From an uncultured Verrucomicrobiae bacterium (GTDB lineage: Bacteria; Verrucomicrobiota; Verrucomicrobiia; Limisphaerales; Palsa-1400): a DNA stretch of 64,000 bases. Location: the NCBI GenBank assembly GCA_963764165.1, contig CAVXRD010000002.1, positions 448,001 to 512,000 of the forward strand. Direction: 5' to 3'. The translations under genes were made by a program, and so were the position numbers. Positions 55,771-64,000 of the stretch are shown piece after piece. Every line of letters begins with the position of its first letter. Position 1 is the stretch's first letter. The notes under the pieces were generated by a model. The model searched no databases and was not told where the DNA came from. It saw nothing but the letters and a program-made list of their open reading frames with translations.

Positions 55771-56204
55771 AATTTCTAAAGTTCGCTTGGCGGCGTTCAA
55801 CTACCCAGCCGGTTGCGCCATCCTTGGCTGTGTCACCTAATCGTCGGCGTCAGCCAGTTTCGTGACATTGAGGTGACGGATGTTTTAATCATCGACCACT
55901 AAGATGCGGCAGGAGGGATCGCCATCGCGTAATGATGGCCGGTTGTCCGGCTCGCGACACGACATAGTCTGTCCTCGATCCAATATACGTGGAAAGGCTT
56001 TGCCGACGCCATACGGTGTTCTTCGTATAACGTATCCCTAGAGTCGCGGTGCGTTTCTAGGATCAGAGGTATGGTGCCCAAAGCTTCTTGATTGCGTGTC
56101 AAGCCGGATTTGATGACGTGTCTGGCATGGAGTGGGGGCCAAATTTTGCCGACAGCGGCGATTCCTCGCTCGTGAGCCCGGCAGGCAACCAAGCGATGAA
56201 AGTT

Positions 56205-56360
56205 TTATGCTTCGTTGCAAAGGCCGCGCGAACCCCACGAATTGTGTTCGCCCAATAACCGTGCCTCGGCTGCCGACCAGCCCTCGACATCGTGCCCCGG
56301 CTCCGAGTTGCGGTTTACGTAATTAAAATAGGCCAGTTTGGCTAATGTCATTCCATGCCG
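56205..56360 (-). pseudogene. Degenerate paralog of the DUF2934 gene
   Basis: AKLAYFNYVNRNSEPGHDVEGWSAAEARLLGEHN aligns with ARKAYFSYVNEGSLPGRDVQHWLKAEADLLAERN. Confidence 0.55.
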
Positions 56361-56500
56361 GCGAGAAATCACTATTACTTCTATTGAGGTTCGAAATCGC
56401 AACGGGACGTGATTCGCCGCCTGGCATTTCGTTTCGATCCCAGGCGATGCTGCAATCTTTCATAAACGGAAATATTTGACAGGGCAACGCGCTCCAAGGA

Positions 56501-56806
56501 TCAAGTCACGGTCAAAACAGAGTTTCTTCCTCCAAATGCGTTGGGCACAGTTTCTCTAGCTGTCGGATCGGGCATCCATTGGCCGTCCACCACCAGGCAA
56601 TATTCATACTTCCCCGGAGCCAAAACGGTTTCCTTATACCAATGGCCTGCGGTTGATGGATGCAGTGTTTTGTTCTCAGGCTGCCAATGGTTAAATGTTC
56701 CCGCGAGGCAAACGGTTTTGGCCGTCGGATGAGTGAATTCAAAGCGGACGGACACCAATTGGGAGTTGGCGGCAGGGGTGTTGCTGTGGTTTTTGTTGTG
56801 TTTCAT
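56501..56806 (-). CDS. Stand-alone glycogen-binding (CBM48/AMPK-beta-like) protein
   Basis: AKTVCLAGTFNHW...LAPGKYEY..VVDGQW.PDP...NAFGGRNSVL. Confidence 0.88.
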   Translation of the reverse strand: MKHNKNHSNTPAANSQLVSVRFEFTHPTAKTVCLAGTFNHWQPENKTLHPSTAGHWYKETVLAPGKYEYCLVVDGQWMPDPTARETVPNAFGGRNSVLTVT

Positions 56807-56842
56807 AATTGTTGACGATTCCTCTTCATTGGAGTGTTTCGT

Positions 56843-57388
56843 TTATAGTGTTGTCACCAGTTCCGGATGGATTGCCTGATGGTGCTCCATCGTTTCCGGA
56901 TTGGTGCCTTCAAGCATTTCTTTGGCCCCGGCTATTTCCTCCTGGGAACCGTGAGCAAGCAGAAGAAATTTGTCGGTTTTGAGAGCCGTTTGGTACTGCA
57001 AGATACTGTCTTTAGGAATTCCAAGACCATAAAGGCCCGCCCCCAGCGCGCTCAATCCGCCGAACACGACAGCGCCCTCCAGTGCCCCGAGAAGCCAACC
57101 AACGACTGGCCCGGCCATCGCCATCGGCCCGATGCCCGGAATCAAAAAGAAACCGGCACCGAGAAACCAGCCCCATATCCCGCCCCAGAAAGCTCCTCTC
57201 TTTCCCCAAGCCTTCATTCGGTCGCCGGCATTGTAATAGCCGACCACATGTTCATCGGTGTGATACTCACGTCCGACAATCGACAATTTCTTCATGTCGA
57301 AACTGGACCGCTGCAATTCTTTGACAGCCGCCTCGGCAGCCGTGTGCGATGGATATATCGCCACAATGGACTCATTTTTGGCCATCAT
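56843..57388 (-). CDS. General stress protein-like membrane protein (YflT/DUF1269-like)
   Basis: VAIYPSHTAAEAAVKEL..KKLSIVG; Gly-rich GAFWGGIWG..IPGIGP segment. Confidence 0.75.
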   Translation of the reverse strand: MMAKNESIVAIYPSHTAAEAAVKELQRSSFDMKKLSIVGREYHTDEHVVGYYNAGDRMKAWGKRGAFWGGIWGWFLGAGFFLIPGIGPMAMAGPVVGWLLGALEGAVVFGGLSALGAGLYGLGIPKDSILQYQTALKTDKFLLLAHGSQEEIAGAKEMLEGTNPETMEHHQAIHPELVTTL

Positions 57389-57582
57389 AATTTTTCTTTC
57401 TTTGCGCGCTTTTGGATTTGTCGCCATTGGAACCTTAATGCTTGGATCGGGGTTTTAACATACGGTGTTCTCCCCACGAAGGAGTGCCGACAGACGTCTC
57501 TGAACATACAATTCGGCGTAACCCGACTAAACTTCCCCACTACCCATTAACGCAGGCGACTTTGAACATCGTACTTTGGGTC

Positions 57583-60471
57583 ATGCTTTCGCCCAAAGCG
57601 CAATACAGCCTGGCTGACGCCAAACGGTACTTCAGGGAACACCTGTCGGCTGGTGAGTATTACGCGGAAGGCCAACAAGTCCGGGGCCAATGGTACGGCA
57701 AAGGGGCGGCAGAATTAGGACTGACGGGCGTCACGAATGTCGAACAGTTTGAGCGGCTCTGCGATAATCTTCATCCGCAAACGGGCCAGCGCCTGACGCT
57801 GCGCCAGAAAACTACCCGGACGGAATCGGATGTGGACGGCACGGAGCATGAGTACGCCAACCGCCGGGTGTTTTATGATTTCACCATATCGCCGCCAAAG
57901 TCGGTTTCCATCGCCGCCCTGGTCGGCAACGACCGGCGGATTGTCGAGGCCCACGAGCGGGCGGTGACGATGGCAATGGAGCAATTGCAAACCTTTGCCT
58001 CCACTCGCATCCGCAAGGATGGCCAATGTACAGACCGCACGACGGGCAACATAGTCGCCGCCACGTTTCGCCACGGCACATCGCGGGCGCTGGACCCGCA
58101 CTTGCACACCCACTGCATTGTCTTCAACGCCACTTATGACGCGGTGGAAGCTCGATGGAAGGCATTGCAGAACCATGACATGCTCGTGGCGCAAAAGTTC
58201 GTCGAGAACGTCTATTACCACGAACTGGCGCGGTCGCTACAGGAATTTGGTTATGAAGTCGGGAGTCGGAATGTCGGCGATTTTCAGATCAAAGGCATTT
58301 CCAAGGAGCTTCGTGATTTGTTCTCCAAACGTCACCGGCAGATTGACGAGAAGACCCGCGAGTTGCTGGCCCGCCAACCTGAAAAAGCCGATGGCAACAT
58401 CGCCGCCATTCGGGAGCATATCTCCCACAAGGAACGCGATAGGAAAGTCCCGGAAATTGGGTTGTCCCGATTGCAGGCCCACTGGGATGATCAAATGACT
58501 TTGGAACAATGGAAATCGTTGCGGAATCTCATTCATGTCCAACCGACGAGTCGGGAGGACGCGAAGGTTGTGGCGGGGCGAGCGGTCGCGTGGGCGGAAG
58601 AACACTTGTTTGACAGGCGTTCGGTGGTCCATGAACACGAGCTTTGGCGGCACGCGCTCGGCTATGCCAGAGGCCAAAACGTGGCTTTGAAGGATATTCA
58701 ATCCGTCACCGGCAAACGTGATTATATCCGCGACGAAAAACATCCGGGCAAAGTTACGACCCGCGAGCATTTGCTCCGGGAATGGGAGATTGTGGACATG
58801 GTTCACAGGGGTCTGCGCCGCCATCATTCTTTCCGCCCGGATTATCATTGCGCCAATCCTTCCCTGGATGCGGAGCAACGACTGGCGGTGGAAAGAATTT
58901 TGGTATGGTGCGGCTTTGTCGCCGTTTTCCGTGGCGGAGCGGGCACTGGCAAAAGTTTCACACTCCGGGAAGTCGAGAAAGCATTGAAAGAGACGGGCCG
59001 GGCCGTCCACGTAATCGCGCCGCAACGCCAACAGGTCATGGACTTGGAAAAAGACGGCTTTCAGAATGTCGAGACGGTCAGTGCCTTTTTGGCGAAAGGC
59101 AGTTTGGAGGCGCAATCGGTCATCATTGTGGATGAGGCCGGGCAGATCGGTGGCAAACAGATGCACACGCTGTTGGAATTCGCCCTGGCGAACGAGAGCC
59201 GCGTGATTCTCTCCGGCGACACCCGCCAGCACGGCGCGGTCGAGGCGGCGGACGCTCTGCGGGCTATTGAAAAGTATTCAGGTGTGCGTCCCATCGAATT
59301 GACCACCATTCGCCGTCAGAATCCAGAACTGGCTAAAACCATCGAGGAACGCGAATGGATCAAACAATACAGACAGGCCGTGGCCGAAGCGCAGGACGGC
59401 AAGTTCGCCGAATCCTTTAATCGTCTGGATAGACAAGGAGCCATCGTCCAATGCAGCTTGGCTGACCAGCATCAAAAGCTGGCGGAACATTACCTGGCGC
59501 TGGCGAAAAACCATCAATCCATAGTGGTCGTCTCCCAAAGCTGGAATGAGATTCATCAGGTCAATGAACAGATTCGTCTGGCTCTCAAAGGCGAAAAACT
59601 GGTGGGCGAGGCTGACAAAGTCCTGACGACATTTCAGCCGGTGGATATGACGGACGCGCAAAAGCGCGATAAACGGTCTTACGATGAAAACTCCGTGGTG
59701 GTCTTCAACCGCAACGTGCGCGGCTTCAAAGCGGGCGAGGCGGCGCGATTGCAGGCCATTACCGAAACGCATGTGGTCGTTGAAAACGAGGGGCATCGCG
59801 TCTCGATACCGTTCAAGCATCTCGACCGAATCACGGTTTGCCAGACCAGGGAATTGGCCTTGGCATCGGGCGACCGGCTGCTCTTGAAGGCCAATGGCCG
59901 CAGCGAAGATGACCGGAAGCTGGCCAACGGCGAACTGGTCACGATCAAGGAAATCCACGAGGATGGCCGCATCGCGCTCGCCGATGGCCGGACGCTTTCC
60001 CCACAATTCCGCCAGTTCGTGCGCGGCTACGCCGTCACGTCCTATGCCTCGCAAGGCAAATCGGTTGATCATGTGTTGTTCTCAGATTCAGCGGTGAAGG
60101 CGGCGACGAACCAACAGCAATGGTATGTGACCATTTCGCGCGGTCGTAAGGGCGTCCAGATTTTCACAGCCGACAAAATCCAGCTTCGCCAAAACGTCCT
60201 CCGCTTCGGGGGCCGCGAACTGGCCTTGGACATCGCCAAAGAATCCTCCGTTCATGCGCTGGCAAAGGCTTGGGGCCGCGATATTGGATACGTCTTGAAT
60301 GTCCAGCATTCGCAGCGTCAAACCGCGCAGCGCCGGGCTGAATTGCTTCAGCGGGCAGAAGTTCAGGAAAGATCCGTATCTGCCCAGCAATCGCAAACCG
60401 TTCGGACGGCGCGGAAAATTAACCCCGCGTACAAGCACAATCAAAATTATGGAGGAGGCATCGGAGTATGA
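57583..60471 (+). CDS. MobF (TrwC/TraI-like) relaxase-helicase
   Basis: Start MLSPK at 57583; EYY, W.GKGA..LGL, D.T.SPPKSVS, DPHLHTH, helicase GGAGTGKS, VDEAG, GDTRQH, YAVTSYASQG. Confidence 0.93.
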   Translation: MLSPKAQYSLADAKRYFREHLSAGEYYAEGQQVRGQWYGKGAAELGLTGVTNVEQFERLCDNLHPQTGQRLTLRQKTTRTESDVDGTEHEYANRRVFYDFTISPPKSVSIAALVGNDRRIVEAHERAVTMAMEQLQTFASTRIRKDGQCTDRTTGNIVAATFRHGTSRALDPHLHTHCIVFNATYDAVEARWKALQNHDMLVAQKFVENVYYHELARSLQEFGYEVGSRNVGDFQIKGISKELRDLFSKRHRQIDEKTRELLARQPEKADGNIAAIREHISHKERDRKVPEIGLSRLQAHWDDQMTLEQWKSLRNLIHVQPTSREDAKVVAGRAVAWAEEHLFDRRSVVHEHELWRHALGYARGQNVALKDIQSVTGKRDYIRDEKHPGKVTTREHLLREWEIVDMVHRGLRRHHSFRPDYHCANPSLDAEQRLAVERILVWCGFVAVFRGGAGTGKSFTLREVEKALKETGRAVHVIAPQRQQVMDLEKDGFQNVETVSAFLAKGSLEAQSVIIVDEAGQIGGKQMHTLLEFALANESRVILSGDTRQHGAVEAADALRAIEKYSGVRPIELTTIRRQNPELAKTIEEREWIKQYRQAVAEAQDGKFAESFNRLDRQGAIVQCSLADQHQKLAEHYLALAKNHQSIVVVSQSWNEIHQVNEQIRLALKGEKLVGEADKVLTTFQPVDMTDAQKRDKRSYDENSVVVFNRNVRGFKAGEAARLQAITETHVVVENEGHRVSIPFKHLDRITVCQTRELALASGDRLLLKANGRSEDDRKLANGELVTIKEIHEDGRIALADGRTLSPQFRQFVRGYAVTSYASQGKSVDHVLFSDSAVKAATNQQQWYVTISRGRKGVQIFTADKIQLRQNVLRFGGRELALDIAKESSVHALAKAWGRDIGYVLNVQHSQRQTAQRRAELLQRAEVQERSVSAQQSQTVRTARKINPAYKHNQNYGGGIGV

Positions 60472-60821
60472 GCCTGAATATGAGAGCATTCGATGATCGT
60501 CTATCGTGTTATGAACTGAGCCGTCAAGTGATGGGCTACCATGTGCCCTTGGACAACGTAAGGTTGGAACTGACTCCCAGCCGGTTTTACTTGCTGCCTT
60601 ATCACCATTTGGAAGTCGCCGAGTTCGAGTCGGCCCATGAAGGCGACATGATTTCCCTTTCATTTGTCAACCATAAGGTGCGAATCACCGGCCGCAATCT
60701 GCGCGACCTGGCCGTTGCTTTTCAGGAACGCGCCGTCGTGTCGGTCACACCCGTGCCGGAACGGTACGGCGCATTGGGGGAATGTGTGCAGGGCTTGGTT
60801 GACTCAATCCAGATTGAGTAA
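60468..60821 (+). CDS. Hypothetical protein coupled to the relaxase
   Basis: ATGA overlap with the relaxase stop; 117 aa; LLPYHHL..V.ITGRNL..L. Confidence 0.65.
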   Translation: MSLNMRAFDDRLSCYELSRQVMGYHVPLDNVRLELTPSRFYLLPYHHLEVAEFESAHEGDMISLSFVNHKVRITGRNLRDLAVAFQERAVVSVTPVPERYGALGECVQGLVDSIQIE

Positions 60822-60898
60822 AGGATTTCGGTCGGCGGGTGTTCGTGGTGCTTGCAGGAAGCGCGAGCGGACCCGATTCCGCCCGCGCCATTTCTGCA

Positions 60899-61150
60899 TT
60901 ACCCGCCAAACGGGCCGCTGCCGTCGTTGGGCGGCTCGATTTCCCACCGAATGACGGGCGGAACTTCCGACAGCCCCGTAGGTGGTCGTATAACCAAGAT
61001 GAAGGTGTGGTTGCCTTTCGTCTTCTTCCGCTCCGCCCGTTGCCCCAAATGCCAGGCAATGAACGGGACGGCAACATACACGAAAAGGCCGGAAACAAAC
61101 GTCCCGTGTTCCCGCAATAGCCAGTCAATCAAACGAAATATCGGATTCAT
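60899..61150 (-). CDS. Small hypothetical membrane protein
   Basis: GGAGG RBS after the integrase stop; one hydrophobic helix. Confidence 0.55.
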   Translation of the reverse strand: MNPIFRLIDWLLREHGTFVSGLFVYVAVPFIAWHLGQRAERKKTKGNHTFILVIRPPTGLSEVPPVIRWEIEPPNDGSGPFGG

Positions 61151-61159
61151 GCTGCCTCC

Positions 61160-62239
61160 TTATTCGTTGACAGCTTGCGCCGCGAGTTGTGTCAGGTTGC
61201 TTGCAGGCTGTGCCGCCGCATTTACGCGCGGCATCGGCACTATCTTCCGCTCGTAATCCTCCAGCGATGGCACGATAACCTGCGCTTTTTTGGAATAAGC
61301 CCTGGCGATGGCCTTGGAACTGTGCCCAAGCGCCTGCTGGGCGAACCGCTCTGGCATTCCCACTGTCTTCGCCCGCTCGGCCCATGCGTAGCGATAGCTG
61401 TGCAAGGAAATGCCGGTGATGCCAACGGTTTTGAGCCGCTTGATAAACATCTTTGCCCGGTGGTTCTCCTGAATCCGCGCCATGCGTGGAAACAATGGGC
61501 CTTTTTTCGGCAACGATTCCAATAGCGCGGCGACATCCGCGCCGAAGGTGATAATGACCGGGACGTTGGTCTTGCCCCGACGGTAGGAAATTGTGCGGTC
61601 TTTCCAATCCACGTCCTCGCCGGTCAATTCCGCCATATCAGTCTGCGAGCCGCCCAGGTGCCACAGGAGTTGGTAATACGCCCGGATTTCCGGGTTGTGC
61701 TCCCGGTCAATGATCGCCTGATGCTCGTCCGCTGTAATCGCCTTCCGGTCTTTATGCCTCACTGGCGGCCAGTGAAGTTTCGGCAGGACCGGCCAAGGAA
61801 GCCAGTGCATCCCAACTGCGAAATTGTGCAGGCGGCGCAAAAACATATTCGTTGAGACGGTTCCCGAATTGAGAACCTGCAAAAAAAGCTCGGACGCCGT
61901 TTCCATGAGTTTGCGGTGGCGGATGAGGTCGAAGGCTTTGTCCCGCATCGCCGCTATCCATCGGCGTTGGGTTGGGCCGGTTTTGAGCGGGGCCATTGCG
62001 TCCATGACATCCTGCCATGTCCGTTTGGCCATGACGGGGTCGCCGTGTTGCAAGTAAGCCTGGGCGATTTGCAGGTTGATGGCGGGCTGGCGCACGGCCT
62101 GATTTTTGGCCTCGACGATCTGCCGGGCGGCGTCCTCGTTCGTGGTGTTAAGGCTGGCGCGTTTGCCAGTGACTTTGTCAAAGCAATAATACATCCCACC
62201 CCGGATGCCACGATGAACTAAGCGGTAACGTGTATTCAT
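61160..62239 (-). CDS. Tyrosine recombinase/integrase (IntA), full length
   Basis: SLHSYRY (HxxR), ALGHSS and terminal ARAY; next to the tRNA att site. Confidence 0.92.
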   Translation of the reverse strand: MNTRYRLVHRGIRGGMYYCFDKVTGKRASLNTTNEDAARQIVEAKNQAVRQPAINLQIAQAYLQHGDPVMAKRTWQDVMDAMAPLKTGPTQRRWIAAMRDKAFDLIRHRKLMETASELFLQVLNSGTVSTNMFLRRLHNFAVGMHWLPWPVLPKLHWPPVRHKDRKAITADEHQAIIDREHNPEIRAYYQLLWHLGGSQTDMAELTGEDVDWKDRTISYRRGKTNVPVIITFGADVAALLESLPKKGPLFPRMARIQENHRAKMFIKRLKTVGITGISLHSYRYAWAERAKTVGMPERFAQQALGHSSKAIARAYSKKAQVIVPSLEDYERKIVPMPRVNAAAQPASNLTQLAAQAVNE

Positions 62240-62343
62240 AATTTCCTCACGTAACCGCGATGATAAACTACCCGAAGCCCGGACCGTTAGCGGGTAGTCG
62301 GAGAGTTATCCTCCGTTACCCCTGTTTAAAGCGGGCACACAAG

Positions 62344-62366
62344 TTGGTGTCCGTTTCGGTGTCCGT
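62344..62366 (-). repeat. Arm-type repeat set A
   Basis: The minus strand reads ACGGACACCGAA ACGGACACCAA at 12-bp spacing, ~48 bp from the tRNA CCA. Confidence 0.8.
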
Positions 62367-62413
62367 TGCCGACCATCTGCCACCTAAACCATTGTTGCAC
62401 TAGCAGTTAGGAA

Positions 62414-62489
62414 TGGAGCCAGTTGCCGGATTTGAACCGGCGACCCACGCTTTACGAAAGCGTTGCTCTACCAACTGAGCTAAACTGGC
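62414..62489 (-). tRNA. tRNA-Thr (CGT)
   Basis: GCCAGTTTAGCTCAGTTGGTAGAGCAACGCTTTCGTAAAGCGTGGGTCGCCGGTTCAAATCCGGCAACTGGCTCCA: 76-nt cloverleaf, anticodon loop TTCGTAA, encoded CCA. Confidence 0.97.
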
Positions 62490-62505
62490 TTACCGAAGGG
62501 GACGG

Positions 62506-62534
62506 ACTCTAATCCACACCCGCCTTCCGGGCAA
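62506..62534 (-). promoter_or_regulatory. Sigma70-like tRNA promoter
   Basis: TTGCCC-17 bp-TAGAGT upstream of the tRNA. Confidence 0.6.
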
Positions 62535-62598
62535 GCGGTTTTCACAATGATTTTGAATTGCGTCCCGGTTATGACGGACTGCTTGGAGTCTCGCTGGG

Positions 62599-62627
62599 AA
62601 AAAAATAGGCGCCCCACACGGGGCGCC
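62599..62627 (-). terminator. Rho-independent terminator-like hairpin
   Basis: GGCGCCCC-GTGT-GGGGCGCC followed by TATTTTTTT on the minus strand. Confidence 0.55.
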
Positions 62628-62795
62628 CCATGAAAACTAACTCTACTGCGTGATTAGCTTAGGCTTGCCTTAATACTTTGTCTGCAAGGAGAAAGCCGGT
62701 TTTCGTTGTAATGCGTTACCTCACAAATGCCCACCCGCCTCTCGCCTCATTTCCGGCGTGACCGCAAGGGGCTATCGTGTATGTTCCCCGTTGTC

Positions 62796-63542
62796 ATGAC
62801 GACCGACGACGCCATCAAGCTCCTTAACCAGTTCCGCGCGGGTTCCATCTCGCTGGAGGCTGCGGTGCGGGCTTTTCAGGCGCCGCCGGTGGCCGATCTC
62901 GGCTTCGCCCAAGTCGATTCGCATCGGGCTTTGCGCAAGGGGTTTGGCGAGGTGATTTACGGGAAAGGCAAGACGCCCGGGCAAATCGTCGAAATTGCAA
63001 AGCGAATCCTTCAAAACGAACCGCGCGTCCTCATCACCAGGCTTGAACCGGACGCCGCGATGTTTGTCAAAAAGAAACTGAAGAACGCTCGCCACCATGC
63101 GGCGGCCCGGTGCGTCATCGTTGATCCGAAACCGCTCCCGAAACGTCCCGGCGTCATCGCGGTTCTTTGCGCGGGAACGAGTGATTTGCCGGTGGCGGAG
63201 GAAGCCGCCCTTACCGCGGATGTGATGGGGAATGAAGTCGAACGCATTTATGATATTGGCGTCGCGGGGTTGCATCGGCTTTTGAACAAACTGGAGCAAA
63301 TCCAGAAGGCGCGCGTCATCATCGCGGTGGCGGGCATGGAGGGCGCTCTGCCAAGCGTCGTTTCGGGACTCGTCAGCCGGCCAGTGATTGCGGTGCCGAC
63401 CAGTGTTGGTTATGGCGCGAATTTTGCCGGGTTGGCGCCGCTGCTGGGCATGCTGAATTCCTGCAGCAGCGGCGTGACGGTGGTGAATATTGACAACGGT
63501 TTCGGCGCCGGTTACGCGGCCAGCCAGATTAACTCGCTTTGA
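62796..63542 (+). CDS. larB: Nickel-pincer cofactor biosynthesis protein LarB
   Basis: D.HR.LRKGFGEVIYG.GKT, AGTSDLPVAEE, AGMEGALPSVV, PTSVGYG, VVNIDNGFGA. Confidence 0.93.
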   Translation: MTTDDAIKLLNQFRAGSISLEAAVRAFQAPPVADLGFAQVDSHRALRKGFGEVIYGKGKTPGQIVEIAKRILQNEPRVLITRLEPDAAMFVKKKLKNARHHAAARCVIVDPKPLPKRPGVIAVLCAGTSDLPVAEEAALTADVMGNEVERIYDIGVAGLHRLLNKLEQIQKARVIIAVAGMEGALPSVVSGLVSRPVIAVPTSVGYGANFAGLAPLLGMLNSCSSGVTVVNIDNGFGAGYAASQINSL

Positions 63543-64000
63543 ATGAAAACGCTTTTTCTGGATATTTTCAGCGGCATTAGCGGCGATATGTTTTTGGGCG
63601 CGATGCTCGATCTCGGGATGCCGTTCGAGCATCTTCAGCGCGAATTGACCAAATTGCCGGTCAGCGGCTATCACCTGCACACATCGCGCGCGAAGCGGTT
63701 TCAAATCGAAGGCGCGAAGTTCGAGGTGCATTTGAAACACTCGCATGACCATGACGACAAACACGAACACGAACACGACCATGCCCGCGAAAGCGAACAC
63801 TCGCACGGGCACATGCGCGAACATGCTCATTCGCACTCACACAGCCAGAACCCAATTTTATTCCAATTTCATGTTCATCCCCATGCGCACGAACACCAGC
63901 CCGGCGGTGAATCTCATGAACACCCGCACGGGCACGAGCACGGGCGCAGTTACGCCGAAATTCGGAAGCTGATCGGGAACAGCTCATTGTCAGGCTGGGT
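63543..64000 (+). CDS. larC: Nickel insertion protein LarC, partial (runs off right edge)
   Basis: Translated by hand: MKTLFLDIFSGISGDMFLGAMLDLG, followed by a long His-rich insert and RSYAEIRKLI; directly after larB. Confidence 0.9.
   Translation, partial: MKTLFLDIFSGISGDMFLGAMLDLGMPFEHLQRELTKLPVSGYHLHTSRAKRFQIEGAKFEVHLKHSHDHDDKHEHEHDHARESEHSHGHMREHAHSHSHSQNPILFQFHVHPHAHEHQPGGESHEHPHGHEHGRSYAEIRKLIGNSSLSGW

Noticed and set aside
62772..63987. Minus-strand 354-aa ORF and the Thr/Asn-rich 75-aa plus ORF
   Set aside because: They are antisense or off-frame readings of larB and the His-rich part of larC.

Overview
This window looks like DNA from a Verrucomicrobiota (Pedosphaerales-like) bacterium. 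That is an inference from the style of the secreted proteins, not a database result. It has three parts. (1) 1-20.2 kb: two very large secreted proteins on the minus strand. One is a multidomain LamG/FN3/PQQ-like propeller/PA14 protein that runs off the left edge. The other is a ~4,900-aa protein built from eight beta-helix modules. (2) ~20.5-62.4 kb: a ~42-kb composite genomic island integrated at the 3' end of tRNA-Thr(CGT). It has three copies of the att core, two distinct sets of 12-bp-spaced arm-type repeats and two paralogous tyrosine integrases, one intact and one truncated. Both integrases lack the canonical first catalytic Arg. The middle att junction is inverted, so recombination between matching arms should invert rather than excise the 39-kb segment. 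The island carries a VapBC-type toxin-antitoxin (TA) pair, a rolling-circle Rep remnant with a double hairpin, an Xis-like gene, an AbiF/Abi_2 gene with an upstream structured small RNA, a decayed defence-like gene pair, mobilisation genes (MobF relaxase, TraL/ParA-like ATPase) and an IS66 inserted in a cydAB remnant. It also carries a ~24-kb co-oriented energy/stress cluster (glucan phosphorylase, RpiB, phosphoketolase, class I aldolase, Cu-type P-ATPase, N-type ATPase operon, PPK2). (3) 62.4-64 kb: tRNA-Thr, larB and a partial larC. All calls come from motif recognition by eye; no searches were run.
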